A DNA stretch of 62,544 bases from NCBI GenBank assembly GCA_034004335.1, contig JAVEWX010000002.1, positions 1 to 62,544 of the forward strand, written 5' to 3'. The notes beneath the pieces are model-generated. The model did not search any database and had not been told where the DNA came from. It was given only the letters and a program-made list of their open reading frames with translations. Below, in pieces: positions 18,592-27,536 of the stretch. Source of the DNA: Bacteroidales bacterium (GTDB taxonomy: Bacteria > Bacteroidota > Bacteroidia > Bacteroidales > VadinHA17). Both the position numbers and the translations under genes were made by a program. How positions within the stretch are numbered: the stretch's first letter is position 1; each line of letters opens with the position of its first letter.

Positions 18592-19986
18592 ATGAAAAAG
18601 ACTATCTATATTCTATTCACAATCGCATTGTTCGCAGGGATATTCTCTTCCTGCAACAAGGATGTGCTCGAACCGACACTGGCACAGTCCAGAGCGGTGG
18701 AGGGCAGCCTCAATACGGTTGAAGATGTTAAGGGTATCCTGTACGGAGCCTATAACAGGATGACGTCCACTACATATTACGGTCGCGACTATATCATCCA
18801 TGGTGAGATAAGGGGTGACAACTGCTTCTCAAATGGTAACTCCGGCCGTTTTGTTACTGAGGCCAAAATGATATATACCAATACTTTCGGTGGATTCTGG
18901 TCACAGATTTACACAGTTATTGCATCTGCCAATATCATCATCGGACTCGACCCGGCTAAGATTTCGGGTGATGCCGACGTGCTCGATCACTACAAGGGAC
19001 AGGCCTATGCAATAAGGGCCATGGCTCATTTCGACCTGCTAAGGTACTACGGCCAGCAGCATGTTACAGTGACAGGAGATCCACTGGGTGTACCGTATAT
19101 TAAGGTATACAAAGGAGAGGACTTTGCTCCGGCAAGACAAACCGTAGCCCAGAACAGGCTCGACATCTATGCCGACATAGTCGATGCCCTGGCACTGATG
19201 GATCCTGCTCTGGATGATGATTCGAAGGAACTGATGACATATTACGGTGCACAGGCTCTCAAGTCGAGGGTTGCCATCTACTTCGGTGACTGGGACGAAG
19301 CTATAGCAGCATGCACATCAGTTATCGGATCGGCCAGGTACAGCATTATTGATGGAGCCCAGTATGCCAACTCATTCCTTGTTGACGGCGCTGCCAACTC
19401 AATTTTTGAACTGGCATTCAGCTCAACCGACAACGCTAACATCAACGGTCTGCAGTACATCTACAGGGGTCCTTCCTACGGTGACGTTGAGGTCCTCGAG
19501 GATCTGTACAACTGCTTTGAGGCTGGCGACGTAAGGGCTGCAGCTGACATGATCGGCCCGGATCCATATCCTACAGTCGTAAGGCCGTACATCAACATTG
19601 GCAAATATCCTTCATATGACTATTCCGACAATGTTCCCATTCTTCGTTACGAGGAGGTTATCCTGAACTATGCCGAGGCCCTGTGGAGGAAAAACAATGC
19701 CGATCCGAATGCACTTACCCAGCTTAACCTGGTGCCTGCCAAGAGGAACGCCACAGCCTATGCGGCAATCAATGAGGATAATATTCTTCTTGAGAGAAGG
19801 AAGGAATTATGCTTCGAGGGTATGAGGTTTCACGACCTGATGCGTACCGGAAGGGATATTCCTCTGGTTGATGCATTCAAACAGACACACGGAGGCCCGG
19901 AATATGGCGACTATAAGATGGCCTTCCCGATACCTTTGGGAGAGATGCAGGCCAACCCGAATATGGTACAGAATAAGAGTTACTAA
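18592..19986 (+). CDS. SusD/RagB family nutrient-binding outer-membrane lipoprotein
   Basis: Lipobox FSSC. RagB/SusD blocks ILRYEEVILNYAEAL and ERRKELCFEGMRFHDLMR. Confidence 0.9.
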   Translation: MKKTIYILFTIALFAGIFSSCNKDVLEPTLAQSRAVEGSLNTVEDVKGILYGAYNRMTSTTYYGRDYIIHGEIRGDNCFSNGNSGRFVTEAKMIYTNTFGGFWSQIYTVIASANIIIGLDPAKISGDADVLDHYKGQAYAIRAMAHFDLLRYYGQQHVTVTGDPLGVPYIKVYKGEDFAPARQTVAQNRLDIYADIVDALALMDPALDDDSKELMTYYGAQALKSRVAIYFGDWDEAIAACTSVIGSARYSIIDGAQYANSFLVDGAANSIFELAFSSTDNANINGLQYIYRGPSYGDVEVLEDLYNCFEAGDVRAAADMIGPDPYPTVVRPYINIGKYPSYDYSDNVPILRYEEVILNYAEALWRKNNADPNALTQLNLVPAKRNATAYAAINEDNILLERRKELCFEGMRFHDLMRTGRDIPLVDAFKQTHGGPEYGDYKMAFPIPLGEMQANPNMVQNKSY

Positions 19987-20013
19987 AACCTGATCTGTTT
20001 CATATAACATGAC

Positions 20014-20047
20014 GAGGGTGATCCGGAAGGGTCACCCTCTTTTTTTT
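20014..20047 (+). terminator. Rho-independent terminator after the SusD-like gene
   Basis: GAGGGTGA..GGAA..TCACCCTC stem-loop followed by T8. Confidence 0.7.
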
Positions 20048-20074
20048 GCTGCTTCGCAGCACAAGGGGATAAAT

Positions 20075-20193
20075 GTAATCGGTAATCGGTAATCGGTAAT
20101 AGATGGCCGGCGGCCGGCGTCCGGCGACCCTGAACTCAGTACTCTAAACCCTAAACGAAGAACGAAGAACGAAGAACCATCAACCCGCAACCC
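20075..20193. repeat. Heptanucleotide mosaic element, locus C
   Basis: 17 in-register heptads: (GTAATCG)x3 GTAATAG ATGGCCG GCGGCCG GCGTCCG GCGACCC TGAACTC AGTACTC TAAACCC TAAACGA (AGAACGA)x2 AGAACCA TCAACCC GCAACCC. The array ends at the stop codon of the convergent gene. Confidence 0.95.
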
Positions 20194-20957
20194 TATCCCT
20201 CAATTCTCCTTATCGCCCTTAGCAGGTGAGTATACCTGCCAAGGTCATCGCGATAGATGCCGGTATGGTCAATGCGATCGATCCTTACCCTGCCAGATGC
20301 GTGGATGATCAGACCCTGCGAGATGAAGAGTCCGACGTGCGAAATCCTGCCCACCTCGTTATCAAAGAAGAGGAGGTCTCCCGGGACTGCCTCATCGAGA
20401 AAGTTAATTGAGATACCTTCCTCAACCTGTCTGAAGCTGTCTCTCGGGATTGATATGCCATGTATTTTGCAGACAAGCTGTGTCAGCCCGGAGCAATCCA
20501 TACCCGAAGGTATCCGTCCTCCCCATAAATAGGGACTGTTAAGAAAACGCATAGCTGTGTCGGCTTTTGTTTCATTTACGGAGACATAGCTCTCTGCAAA
20601 ATTCTCCGATGCTTTAAATACATCGCCGGCCAGCTTGAATGTCCTTGCATTGAAATCAGGTTCATAAATCTCGCAACCTGCTTCGAGTATTAACTTTGTA
20701 CCGTCTGCACGATAGCATCGCAGGGCCCTGTTGAGTACATGTCCTTTAATGACCCCGTCTGACGCCACAGGCTGCAGATGGTCTCCGTCGACCCATCCGC
20801 TATAGTTGTCAAATAGCGTATTTACTTTTAGCCAGTTCCCGGTCTTTTCAGTGACGAGGTATTTTTCTCCGAAAAGCAGCTGACTCAGCATTTCCGATTT
20901 ATGGGATGGTGCTGCTCTCAACGGCACAAACACATTATTACAGAAGAATAGTTTCAT
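20193..20957 (-). CDS. NlpC/P60 (C40) cell-wall peptidase with N-terminal SH3-like domains
   Basis: Catalytic DCSGLTQLV context, downstream His (ISHVGLF), SH3b-like N-terminus. Confidence 0.8.
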   Translation of the reverse strand: MKLFFCNNVFVPLRAAPSHKSEMLSQLLFGEKYLVTEKTGNWLKVNTLFDNYSGWVDGDHLQPVASDGVIKGHVLNRALRCYRADGTKLILEAGCEIYEPDFNARTFKLAGDVFKASENFAESYVSVNETKADTAMRFLNSPYLWGGRIPSGMDCSGLTQLVCKIHGISIPRDSFRQVEEGISINFLDEAVPGDLLFFDNEVGRISHVGLFISQGLIIHASGRVRIDRIDHTGIYRDDLGRYTHLLRAIRRIEG

Positions 20958-21050
20958 TGCCTGCCGGTTTTCTTCAAAATTAGCAAAAAAGGTCGGTTCC
21001 TGGTATAACTGTTAATACTGTGCTTGTAACCCATATTGGGAAATTAAGGC

Positions 21051-21058
21051 TAAATTTG
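21051..21058 (+). promoter_or_regulatory. Candidate -7 promoter box (TAnnTTTG)
   Basis: TAAATTTG, 26 nt upstream of ATG 21085. Confidence 0.35.
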
Positions 21059-21084
21059 CGATATTGCCTGAAAATCAAAGGTGG

Positions 21085-23202
21085 ATGAGTAATACCGTGA
21101 ACGATAAGAAACAGGGAAAAAGGTATAAGAGCCTCATGAACCTGCTCCTTTTTGGAGTCAGCATCATAATAGTTGTCATAATATTCCCGATGGAAGGGAA
21201 GTTCAGGTATGAGTTTCAGAAGGGGAAGCCCTGGTTGCATGAAACTCTCATAGCTCCGTGGGATTTTCCCGTCAGGAAGCAGGAAGCTGAACTGAAAAGG
21301 GAACGAGACAGCCTTCTTGCCTCTTTTGCTCCCTATTTTAATTATGACTCGGTTATTACGAGCTATAATCTTTCAGAATTTACAGAACATCTGAACAGTA
21401 TCACATTGACTGGTGAAGAACAGCCGGGCAGCGAGATACCGGCTTACAGGCTTTTGCCTCTCAAGGAGAGACTTACCTCAATAATCTCGGACATATATAT
21501 GGCAGGTATCCTGGAGTCTTCCGACATTACCGATGCCCTGATCCAGGACAATGGAAAGATAACCATAGTCAGGGGAAGGATAGCTACCGAATCAACCCTC
21601 GACAGGATATATACCCAGAAGGATGCTTACCAGGCAGCCAATGCGGCACGGAACGAAATTGCAGAGGATCTTGAGGATGCGGGAAGGATTGGTGAGTCAG
21701 AGTTTGCGAGGAGTGTGCAGGTATACGAGTATATAAGGCCGAACCTCCTCTACAATGAGGAAACCAGCAATACCCTTCGTGAAAGGCTGATAAGGAGTAT
21801 CAGTCCATCGAAAGGACTGGTGCAGGAAAGAGAGCTGATAATATATAAGGGACAGATTGTTGACGGGAACAAGTACCAGGTACTTGAGTCCCTTAAGATG
21901 GAATATGAGAAGCGACTGGGAAAATATGGATCATGGTTCATTATTGTCGGAAGGCTTATACTGATCAGTGCCTGTTACCTGGTGTTATATCTTTTCCTTT
22001 TCAACTTTCGCCGGGAAGTTCTGGGATCGGTGCACAAGACACTGTTCATTATACTCGTAATCCTGCTTTTTGTCGTGATTACCAGGCTGGTAATACTTAT
22101 GCCCAATGTCAGCATATACCTTATACCTTTTGGAATCATACCGATCCTGGTGAGAACATTTTACGATTCCAGGCTGGCCCTCTTTATACTCCTGGTCACG
22201 ATAATGATTGCGGGCTTTCTTGTTCCAAATTCATTTGAGTTTGTATTCACAACCTTCATTGGCGGGGTGGTTGCCATCTTTTCACTTACCAATATCTACA
22301 GGCGCGGCCGCCTTTTCTTTTCTGCCGTGGTGGTTGTACTCAGTTACTCCGCCGTTTACTTCGGTATCGGGATCATCCAGGAGGGGTCGCTTGCCGGCAT
22401 TGAATGGAACAGATTAGGCTGGTTTGCAGGCAACGGAGTACTGTTGCTCCTTACTTACCCGATGATTTTCCTTTTTGAAAAGACATTCGGATTCCTTTCC
22501 GAAGCAACACTTTTTGAACTTTCGGATACGAACCAGCCACTCCTTCGCAGGCTGGCGGAGGAGGCTCCGGGATCGTTCCAGCATTCAATGCAGGTGGCTA
22601 ACCTTGCCGAGGAGGCTGCCAGGGCTATTGGTGCCAACCACCTTCTTGTAAGGACGGGAGCACTCTATCATGACATCGGCAAACTGGGCAGGTCGGAGCT
22701 TTTTGCCGAGAACATCGCCCATGGGTTCAATCCGCATAAGGACCTGTCGCCGGAAGAGAGCGCCAACCTTATTATTAAACATATAGATACAGGTATCGAA
22801 CTGGCTAAGAAGAATAACCTTCCCTCACAGATCATAGATTTCATAAAGACACACCAGGGGACCACCCGGGCTTATTTCTTTTATCATAAATACATGGAGG
22901 CTCACAAGGGAGAAGAGGTGGATGAATCCCTGTTTACCTATCCCGGTCCGAAGCCCTTCAGCAGGGAGACGGCAGTACTGATGATGACTGATGCCGTAGA
23001 GGCCAGCTCAAGGAGTCTTGAAGTCTACACCAGGGAGTCGGTTAGCCGCATGGTCGACAGCGTTATTGATAACCAGATCAGGGACGGGCAGTTTACTGAT
23101 GCCCCTATAACTTTCAGGGATATATCAGTGATTAAGGAGGTCTTCAAAAAGAGGCTTATCAATATCTACCATGCACGGATAGCCTATCCGGAGAGAAGTT
23201 AG
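21085..23202 (+). CDS. 7TM-receptor HDIG-domain phosphohydrolase (PgpH/YqfF family, candidate cyclic-di-AMP phosphodiesterase)
   Basis: Extracytoplasmic N-domain, seven TM helices, C-terminal HD domain (QHSMQVANL, LYHDIGK). ATG 21085 preferred over the listed TTG 21064. Confidence 0.8.
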   Translation: MSNTVNDKKQGKRYKSLMNLLLFGVSIIIVVIIFPMEGKFRYEFQKGKPWLHETLIAPWDFPVRKQEAELKRERDSLLASFAPYFNYDSVITSYNLSEFTEHLNSITLTGEEQPGSEIPAYRLLPLKERLTSIISDIYMAGILESSDITDALIQDNGKITIVRGRIATESTLDRIYTQKDAYQAANAARNEIAEDLEDAGRIGESEFARSVQVYEYIRPNLLYNEETSNTLRERLIRSISPSKGLVQERELIIYKGQIVDGNKYQVLESLKMEYEKRLGKYGSWFIIVGRLILISACYLVLYLFLFNFRREVLGSVHKTLFIILVILLFVVITRLVILMPNVSIYLIPFGIIPILVRTFYDSRLALFILLVTIMIAGFLVPNSFEFVFTTFIGGVVAIFSLTNIYRRGRLFFSAVVVVLSYSAVYFGIGIIQEGSLAGIEWNRLGWFAGNGVLLLLTYPMIFLFEKTFGFLSEATLFELSDTNQPLLRRLAEEAPGSFQHSMQVANLAEEAARAIGANHLLVRTGALYHDIGKLGRSELFAENIAHGFNPHKDLSPEESANLIIKHIDTGIELAKKNNLPSQIIDFIKTHQGTTRAYFFYHKYMEAHKGEEVDESLFTYPGPKPFSRETAVLMMTDAVEASSRSLEVYTRESVSRMVDSVIDNQIRDGQFTDAPITFRDISVIKEVFKKRLINIYHARIAYPERS

Positions 23203-23203
23203 T

Positions 23204-23502
23204 TTGGGGTTCTGGGTTCAGGGTTCAGGGTTCAAGGTTCAAGGTTACACCTTCGGTCGTGAGCTCGCCCCGACAAGTCGGGGCTCGGTTCAAGGTTCAA
23301 GGTTACTCCCTTCGGTCGTGAGCTCGACCGGCTTCAGGTGCTCCCATTCGGTCGCGAGCTCGTCGCTTTGCGCCTCGGTTCGCCGGTCTCGGTTCAGGTT
23401 TTGCTAGCCATAGCTGACGGAGTCAGCGTCGGCTGGGTCGCCGGATGCCGGCCGCCGGCCGCCTGGTACCTGGTACCTGGTACCTGGTACCTGATACCCG
23501 TA
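23204..23502. repeat. Heptanucleotide/hairpin mosaic element, locus D (inverted orientation, largest copy)
   Basis: GGGTTCT (GGGTTCA)x3 AGGTTCA AGGTTAC at 23207-23248. ~40-nt subrepeats at 23229-23267 and 23287-23326, with a partial copy at 23341-23362. Hairpin module at 23403-23438. CCGGATG (CCGGCCG)x2 and (CTGGTAC)x4 CTGATAC extend up to 23497. Confidence 0.9.
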
Positions 23503-24138
23503 TTATCTCATATCAATTATTTCCACGCCTTTGTAGGCGGCGGGATTGAAATCGAAATATTTGCTGTCGGGTTTGAACTTCAGGTTATACTGCCTGATGT
23601 CAAGCCGTATGGTAAGTCCGTTCCTGGTTTTGTATTCCGCTGTCCTGAGGTCCAGCCCCTGCTTACCTATTGAAAGCCTGACCCTTATCATGTCTGATTT
23701 GATGTCGTTGGGATACAGGTCTATTATCCATTCGGATGAAGTCTGGTCGGTGAGTCGGGCCTTGTAATCCTGCCTGTACATCCCGAAGAGGAGTGATGGT
23801 TTTGAGAAGAAGGAAATATCATCAGGTGAGGGTCGGGTTATTGTAACCTCCTTCACGGAAGGCATGTAGTTCCAGTTGTCGGTGCCGTTGAACCAGGTTG
23901 TACTCTCTGGCATGGTAAGCCTGTATTTGTCGCCTGAAATCACAATGGCTCCGGTAAGGGTATCCGTTCTGTTTTCTGGCAGGTCGGTGGTGGTCATGAA
24001 AAACTCCATCGATATCGAGGGAGCCGCTTTTACCGCGTTTGAAAAGCGATCGAGGATCATGACTGCTTCCGGGTCCTCCTGAGCAGGTGATGGGTTCCAT
24101 GCCGTGATGGCCATTAATATAAACAGGTACTTTTTCAT
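23503..24138 (-). CDS. lolA: LolA-like outer-membrane lipoprotein carrier protein
   Basis: Signal peptide, ~210 aa, immediately downstream of ftsK (conserved ftsK-lolA pairing). Confidence 0.7.
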   Translation of the reverse strand: MKKYLFILMAITAWNPSPAQEDPEAVMILDRFSNAVKAAPSISMEFFMTTTDLPENRTDTLTGAIVISGDKYRLTMPESTTWFNGTDNWNYMPSVKEVTITRPSPDDISFFSKPSLLFGMYRQDYKARLTDQTSSEWIIDLYPNDIKSDMIRVRLSIGKQGLDLRTAEYKTRNGLTIRLDIRQYNLKFKPDSKYFDFNPAAYKGVEIIDMR

Positions 24139-24164
24139 TCCGGATTCAACAATTGAGTTGTCTG

Positions 24165-26567
24165 TTATTCGAGACTGTTCAAAATCCGTTCCAAACCCGA
24201 CATGTCGGTTATAAGTACATCCCTGGCCTTGCTGCCTTCGAAAGGTCCCACAATGCCTGCTGCCTCCAGCTGGTCTATGATCCTTCCGGCGCGGTTGTAG
24301 CCTATTGAAAGTTTCCTCTGAATGAGGGATGTCGATCCCTGCTGGTACTGCACTACCATCCGTGCGGCTTCATCGAACATGCTGTCGCGCTTCTTTAGAT
24401 CCACTTCAGATGGACCGTTTTCCCCCTCCTCGAAGTATTCCGGCAGCAGCATAGCTTCCGGGTAGCCCTGTTGGGAACCAATGAAATCGGTAAGTTCTTC
24501 AATCTCAGGGGTGTCGATGAAGGCACATTGTACCCTTACAGGCTCGGCGCCTGTTGAAACGAGCATATCTCCCCTGCCAACAAGCTGGTCGGCACCGTTT
24601 GCATCGAGGATGGTCCTGGAATCGACTGAGGAGAATACCCTGAAGGCTATCCTTACCGGGAAGTTAGCCTTGATAAAGCCGGTGATTATATTCGTTGAAG
24701 GCCGCTGTGTGGATATAATGAGATGAATGCCGATAGCCCTTGCCAGCTGGGCCAGCCTTCCTATGGGTCCCTCTATTTCCCTTCCGGCTGTCATAATGAG
24801 GTCGGCAAACTCATCGATGATAAGTACGATATAGGGCATATACCTGTGACCTTTCTGAGGATTGAGTCGTCTGTTGATGAATTTCTCATTGTACTCCTTC
24901 ACGTTTCTTGCGCCGGCAGCTTTCATGAGTTCCAGGCGGTTGTCCATTTCGATGCATAATGAGTTGAGGGTATTGATGACCTTCCTGGTATCGGTGATAA
25001 TGGCATCCTCATCGCCCGGGAGCTTTGCCAGGTAGTGCCTTTCAATCTTGGCATACAGGGGGAGTTCCACCCTTTTCGGGTCGATAAGGACGAACTTGAC
25101 CTCTGCCGGATGCTTTTTATAAAGTATGGATGTGATAACAGCGTTAATACCGACCGATTTACCCTGTCCCGTGGCACCGGCCACCAGCAGGTGAGGCATC
25201 CTGGTAAGGTCAACGATGAAGGGGTCGTTGGTTATTGTCCGGCCAAGGGCCAGGGCTATCTCGGCTTTTGACTCCTGGAATGCCCGGGATGTTATAAGGG
25301 ACCTCATTGAGACCGTTTCCGGCTTCTTGTTGGGGACCTCGATACCAACCGTTCCCCGTCCGGGTATGGGGGCAATGATCCTGATGCCAAGTGCAGAGAG
25401 ATTAAGGGCTATGTCGTTTTCGAGCGATTTAATGCGGGCTATACGTACTCCTCTCTCGGGAACCACTTCGTAAAGGGTGACGGTAGGACCTACAGTGGCA
25501 GATATGGACCTTATGTTTATTTTGTGGTCTGCCAGAGCGTTTATGATATTGCTCTTGTTTTCAATGACTTCAGAGTCATCGAAGGTGCCTGCCTTCTGGT
25601 ACTCCCTCAGTATTGTAACTGGCGGAAACTGATACCTCGGGAGGTCGAGTCTCGGGTCAAAATCCTCCATGAGCCTGTGTACTTCATCATCGGAGAGTGT
25701 TTCTCCTGCATCGGCATGGGTTATTGTAATAGATACATCTTTATTGTCGGGTTCCTGGATCTCCTCTTCATCCTCCAGATCCCTTATGATAGGTCTCTTC
25801 AGTGAACCATTGCCGGTTTCGCCGGCAAGGTTCTCGTCTTCAGGTTCAGGTCCGGTAATTGTAAAAGGAACCTCCTCCCGTTCTTCATGTGACTGATCCG
25901 GAAACTCGCCTTCATGCACAGCATCCTCCATTCGTTTTCTTCTTCTCAACCTCAGATTCGGTATCCGTCTGATAAGTGCCTCGGGGCTGACCTTAAGTGC
26001 AAAGACCAGGTAGGCAATGACCAGGACGGATAATGTTGCCCCTGTGCCTATTTTACCCATAAAGGCATTAAGCCACCGGGTCGCCAGGTATCCATGGGCT
26101 CCTCCCGGACCGCTGCCCAGGAAACCTCCCCCCATACCGAAAAGATATCCCGTTGTAAGAGAGATAATGATAATGGCGACAGCAATTTTAATTATCAGGC
26201 TCCAGATGGGTATCCGCCTCAGGTTAAGCATATAAAGCCCTAGACTTCCGATTACTACCGGGATGAGGAAAGAGGCCACACCAAATCCTCTGGTTATAAG
26301 CAGATCAGCCAGCCAGTGACCGCTCTTTCCCGACCAGTTGCGGACCTGTATTTCAGGACCTGTCAACACACGGCTTCCGAGACTCTGGTCGGTCTTCCAC
26401 CAGAGAATATAGGCAATAAGCGCGAAAAGCAGGTATATGGCAAGGGCGGTAAAGAGAGCCCCGAAGATGAATTTGACCCTTTCATCCTTTTCGGTGTTTC
26501 CTTTCGGGTTTTTCCTGCCGTTTGTTTTCTGACCGGTTCCTGACTTGCCACTCATCCCATTCTGCAA
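24165..26567 (-). CDS. ftsK: DNA translocase FtsK/SpoIIIE
   Basis: N-terminal TM helices, acidic linker, motor domain with Walker A GATGQGKS, C-terminal winged-helix gamma domain (LIQRKLSIGYNRAGRIIDQLE). Confidence 0.95.
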   Translation of the reverse strand: MQNGMSGKSGTGQKTNGRKNPKGNTEKDERVKFIFGALFTALAIYLLFALIAYILWWKTDQSLGSRVLTGPEIQVRNWSGKSGHWLADLLITRGFGVASFLIPVVIGSLGLYMLNLRRIPIWSLIIKIAVAIIIISLTTGYLFGMGGGFLGSGPGGAHGYLATRWLNAFMGKIGTGATLSVLVIAYLVFALKVSPEALIRRIPNLRLRRRKRMEDAVHEGEFPDQSHEEREEVPFTITGPEPEDENLAGETGNGSLKRPIIRDLEDEEEIQEPDNKDVSITITHADAGETLSDDEVHRLMEDFDPRLDLPRYQFPPVTILREYQKAGTFDDSEVIENKSNIINALADHKINIRSISATVGPTVTLYEVVPERGVRIARIKSLENDIALNLSALGIRIIAPIPGRGTVGIEVPNKKPETVSMRSLITSRAFQESKAEIALALGRTITNDPFIVDLTRMPHLLVAGATGQGKSVGINAVITSILYKKHPAEVKFVLIDPKRVELPLYAKIERHYLAKLPGDEDAIITDTRKVINTLNSLCIEMDNRLELMKAAGARNVKEYNEKFINRRLNPQKGHRYMPYIVLIIDEFADLIMTAGREIEGPIGRLAQLARAIGIHLIISTQRPSTNIITGFIKANFPVRIAFRVFSSVDSRTILDANGADQLVGRGDMLVSTGAEPVRVQCAFIDTPEIEELTDFIGSQQGYPEAMLLPEYFEEGENGPSEVDLKKRDSMFDEAARMVVQYQQGSTSLIQRKLSIGYNRAGRIIDQLEAAGIVGPFEGSKARDVLITDMSGLERILNSLE

Positions 26568-26620
26568 TTATGGCATCAAAATTAGCAAAATAGAGTGATG
26601 AAACAAAAGCCTGCCAGGTT

Positions 26621-27313
26621 TTAGAAATTCACAAGACGGACAATGAATTCGTCCATGGCCTCTTTGGTTACCCTTCTGTATTTCTCTCTTCTCAGGAAGA
26701 TTCTGTCAGGGATCTCCTTTAAGTATATGCCATCAGCCTCAAAGATAAACTCTCTTTCACCCATCAGGAAGAAGAATTTGAGGAGTACACCATCAATTTC
26801 CCTGAAAGGATTGGCTGCATTTGGATCATTAATGTCAAGTTCACCGGTAAACCATATTTCGAATACCGAATCAGGCATTGAAGGAAGTGTAACAGTTGCA
26901 TGTTCGCAGCTGAATCCCAGAATCTCCGCAGTCTTGCCCGTACGGGTTATTTTCATGCCGTTCATCGATTTCATGCCGGGAGGCGTTTCTTCAGGGTCAC
27001 CGGAGTATAAAAATCTGCCTCCTCCGAACATATTGACATAGGTATCATAAATTTCTTCCTCGTGATTTGAAAGGTTCGCTATTCCCATATTCCCGAACGG
27101 CGACTGGATGTCAAACAATATCCTATCCCTCTTAAAGCTAACAACGAGTGTTCTTGGCATCAATTCCACGGGAATCGACCCGGAAGGTCCCCCGTAGCTG
27201 ATGCTGTAGTGGATCTCTCCCTGGCTAAAGCTCTTCGTTTCCCTGTTTCTACAGGAAGAGTTTAGGATGATAATTAAGATTGCGGCTGTAACTGTGGAAA
27301 GAGAGATTCTCAC
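26621..27313 (-). CDS. Hypothetical lipoprotein
   Basis: The listed ORF 26621..27469 has an implausible AT-rich N-terminal extension. In-frame GTG 27313 gives VRISLSTVTAAILIIILNSSC (signal peptide plus lipobox). No family recognised. Confidence 0.5.
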   Translation of the reverse strand: MRISLSTVTAAILIIILNSSCRNRETKSFSQGEIHYSISYGGPSGSIPVELMPRTLVVSFKRDRILFDIQSPFGNMGIANLSNHEEEIYDTYVNMFGGGRFLYSGDPEETPPGMKSMNGMKITRTGKTAEILGFSCEHATVTLPSMPDSVFEIWFTGELDINDPNAANPFREIDGVLLKFFFLMGEREFIFEADGIYLKEIPDRIFLRREKYRRVTKEAMDEFIVRLVNF

Positions 27314-27536
27314 TTTGTATGGAGATTTTGTATTATGTAAAAATAGAAATAAAATACAATTTGTGAAGTAATGAATGCTTATTTGATCTCTACGACAATA
27401 ATAATTGATGCATAGTTGCATACCAGCTATGAAAAATTCACGGAAATTGATAGATTTGTGGTTTTTCATTACCGGCTGTATTAATAGTTATTGGAAAACC
27501 CTGTAATCACTGGGGCCTGGATTAATAAGTAGTAAT

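Noticed and set aside
27314-27469. 52-codon N-terminal extension of the lipoprotein ORF (MKNHKSINFREFF...)
   Set aside because: The stretch is very AT-rich and Cys/Tyr/Phe/Asn-rich, and looks like promoter DNA for the divergent arcC and lipoprotein genes. A proper signal peptide with lipobox follows the in-frame GTG at 27313.
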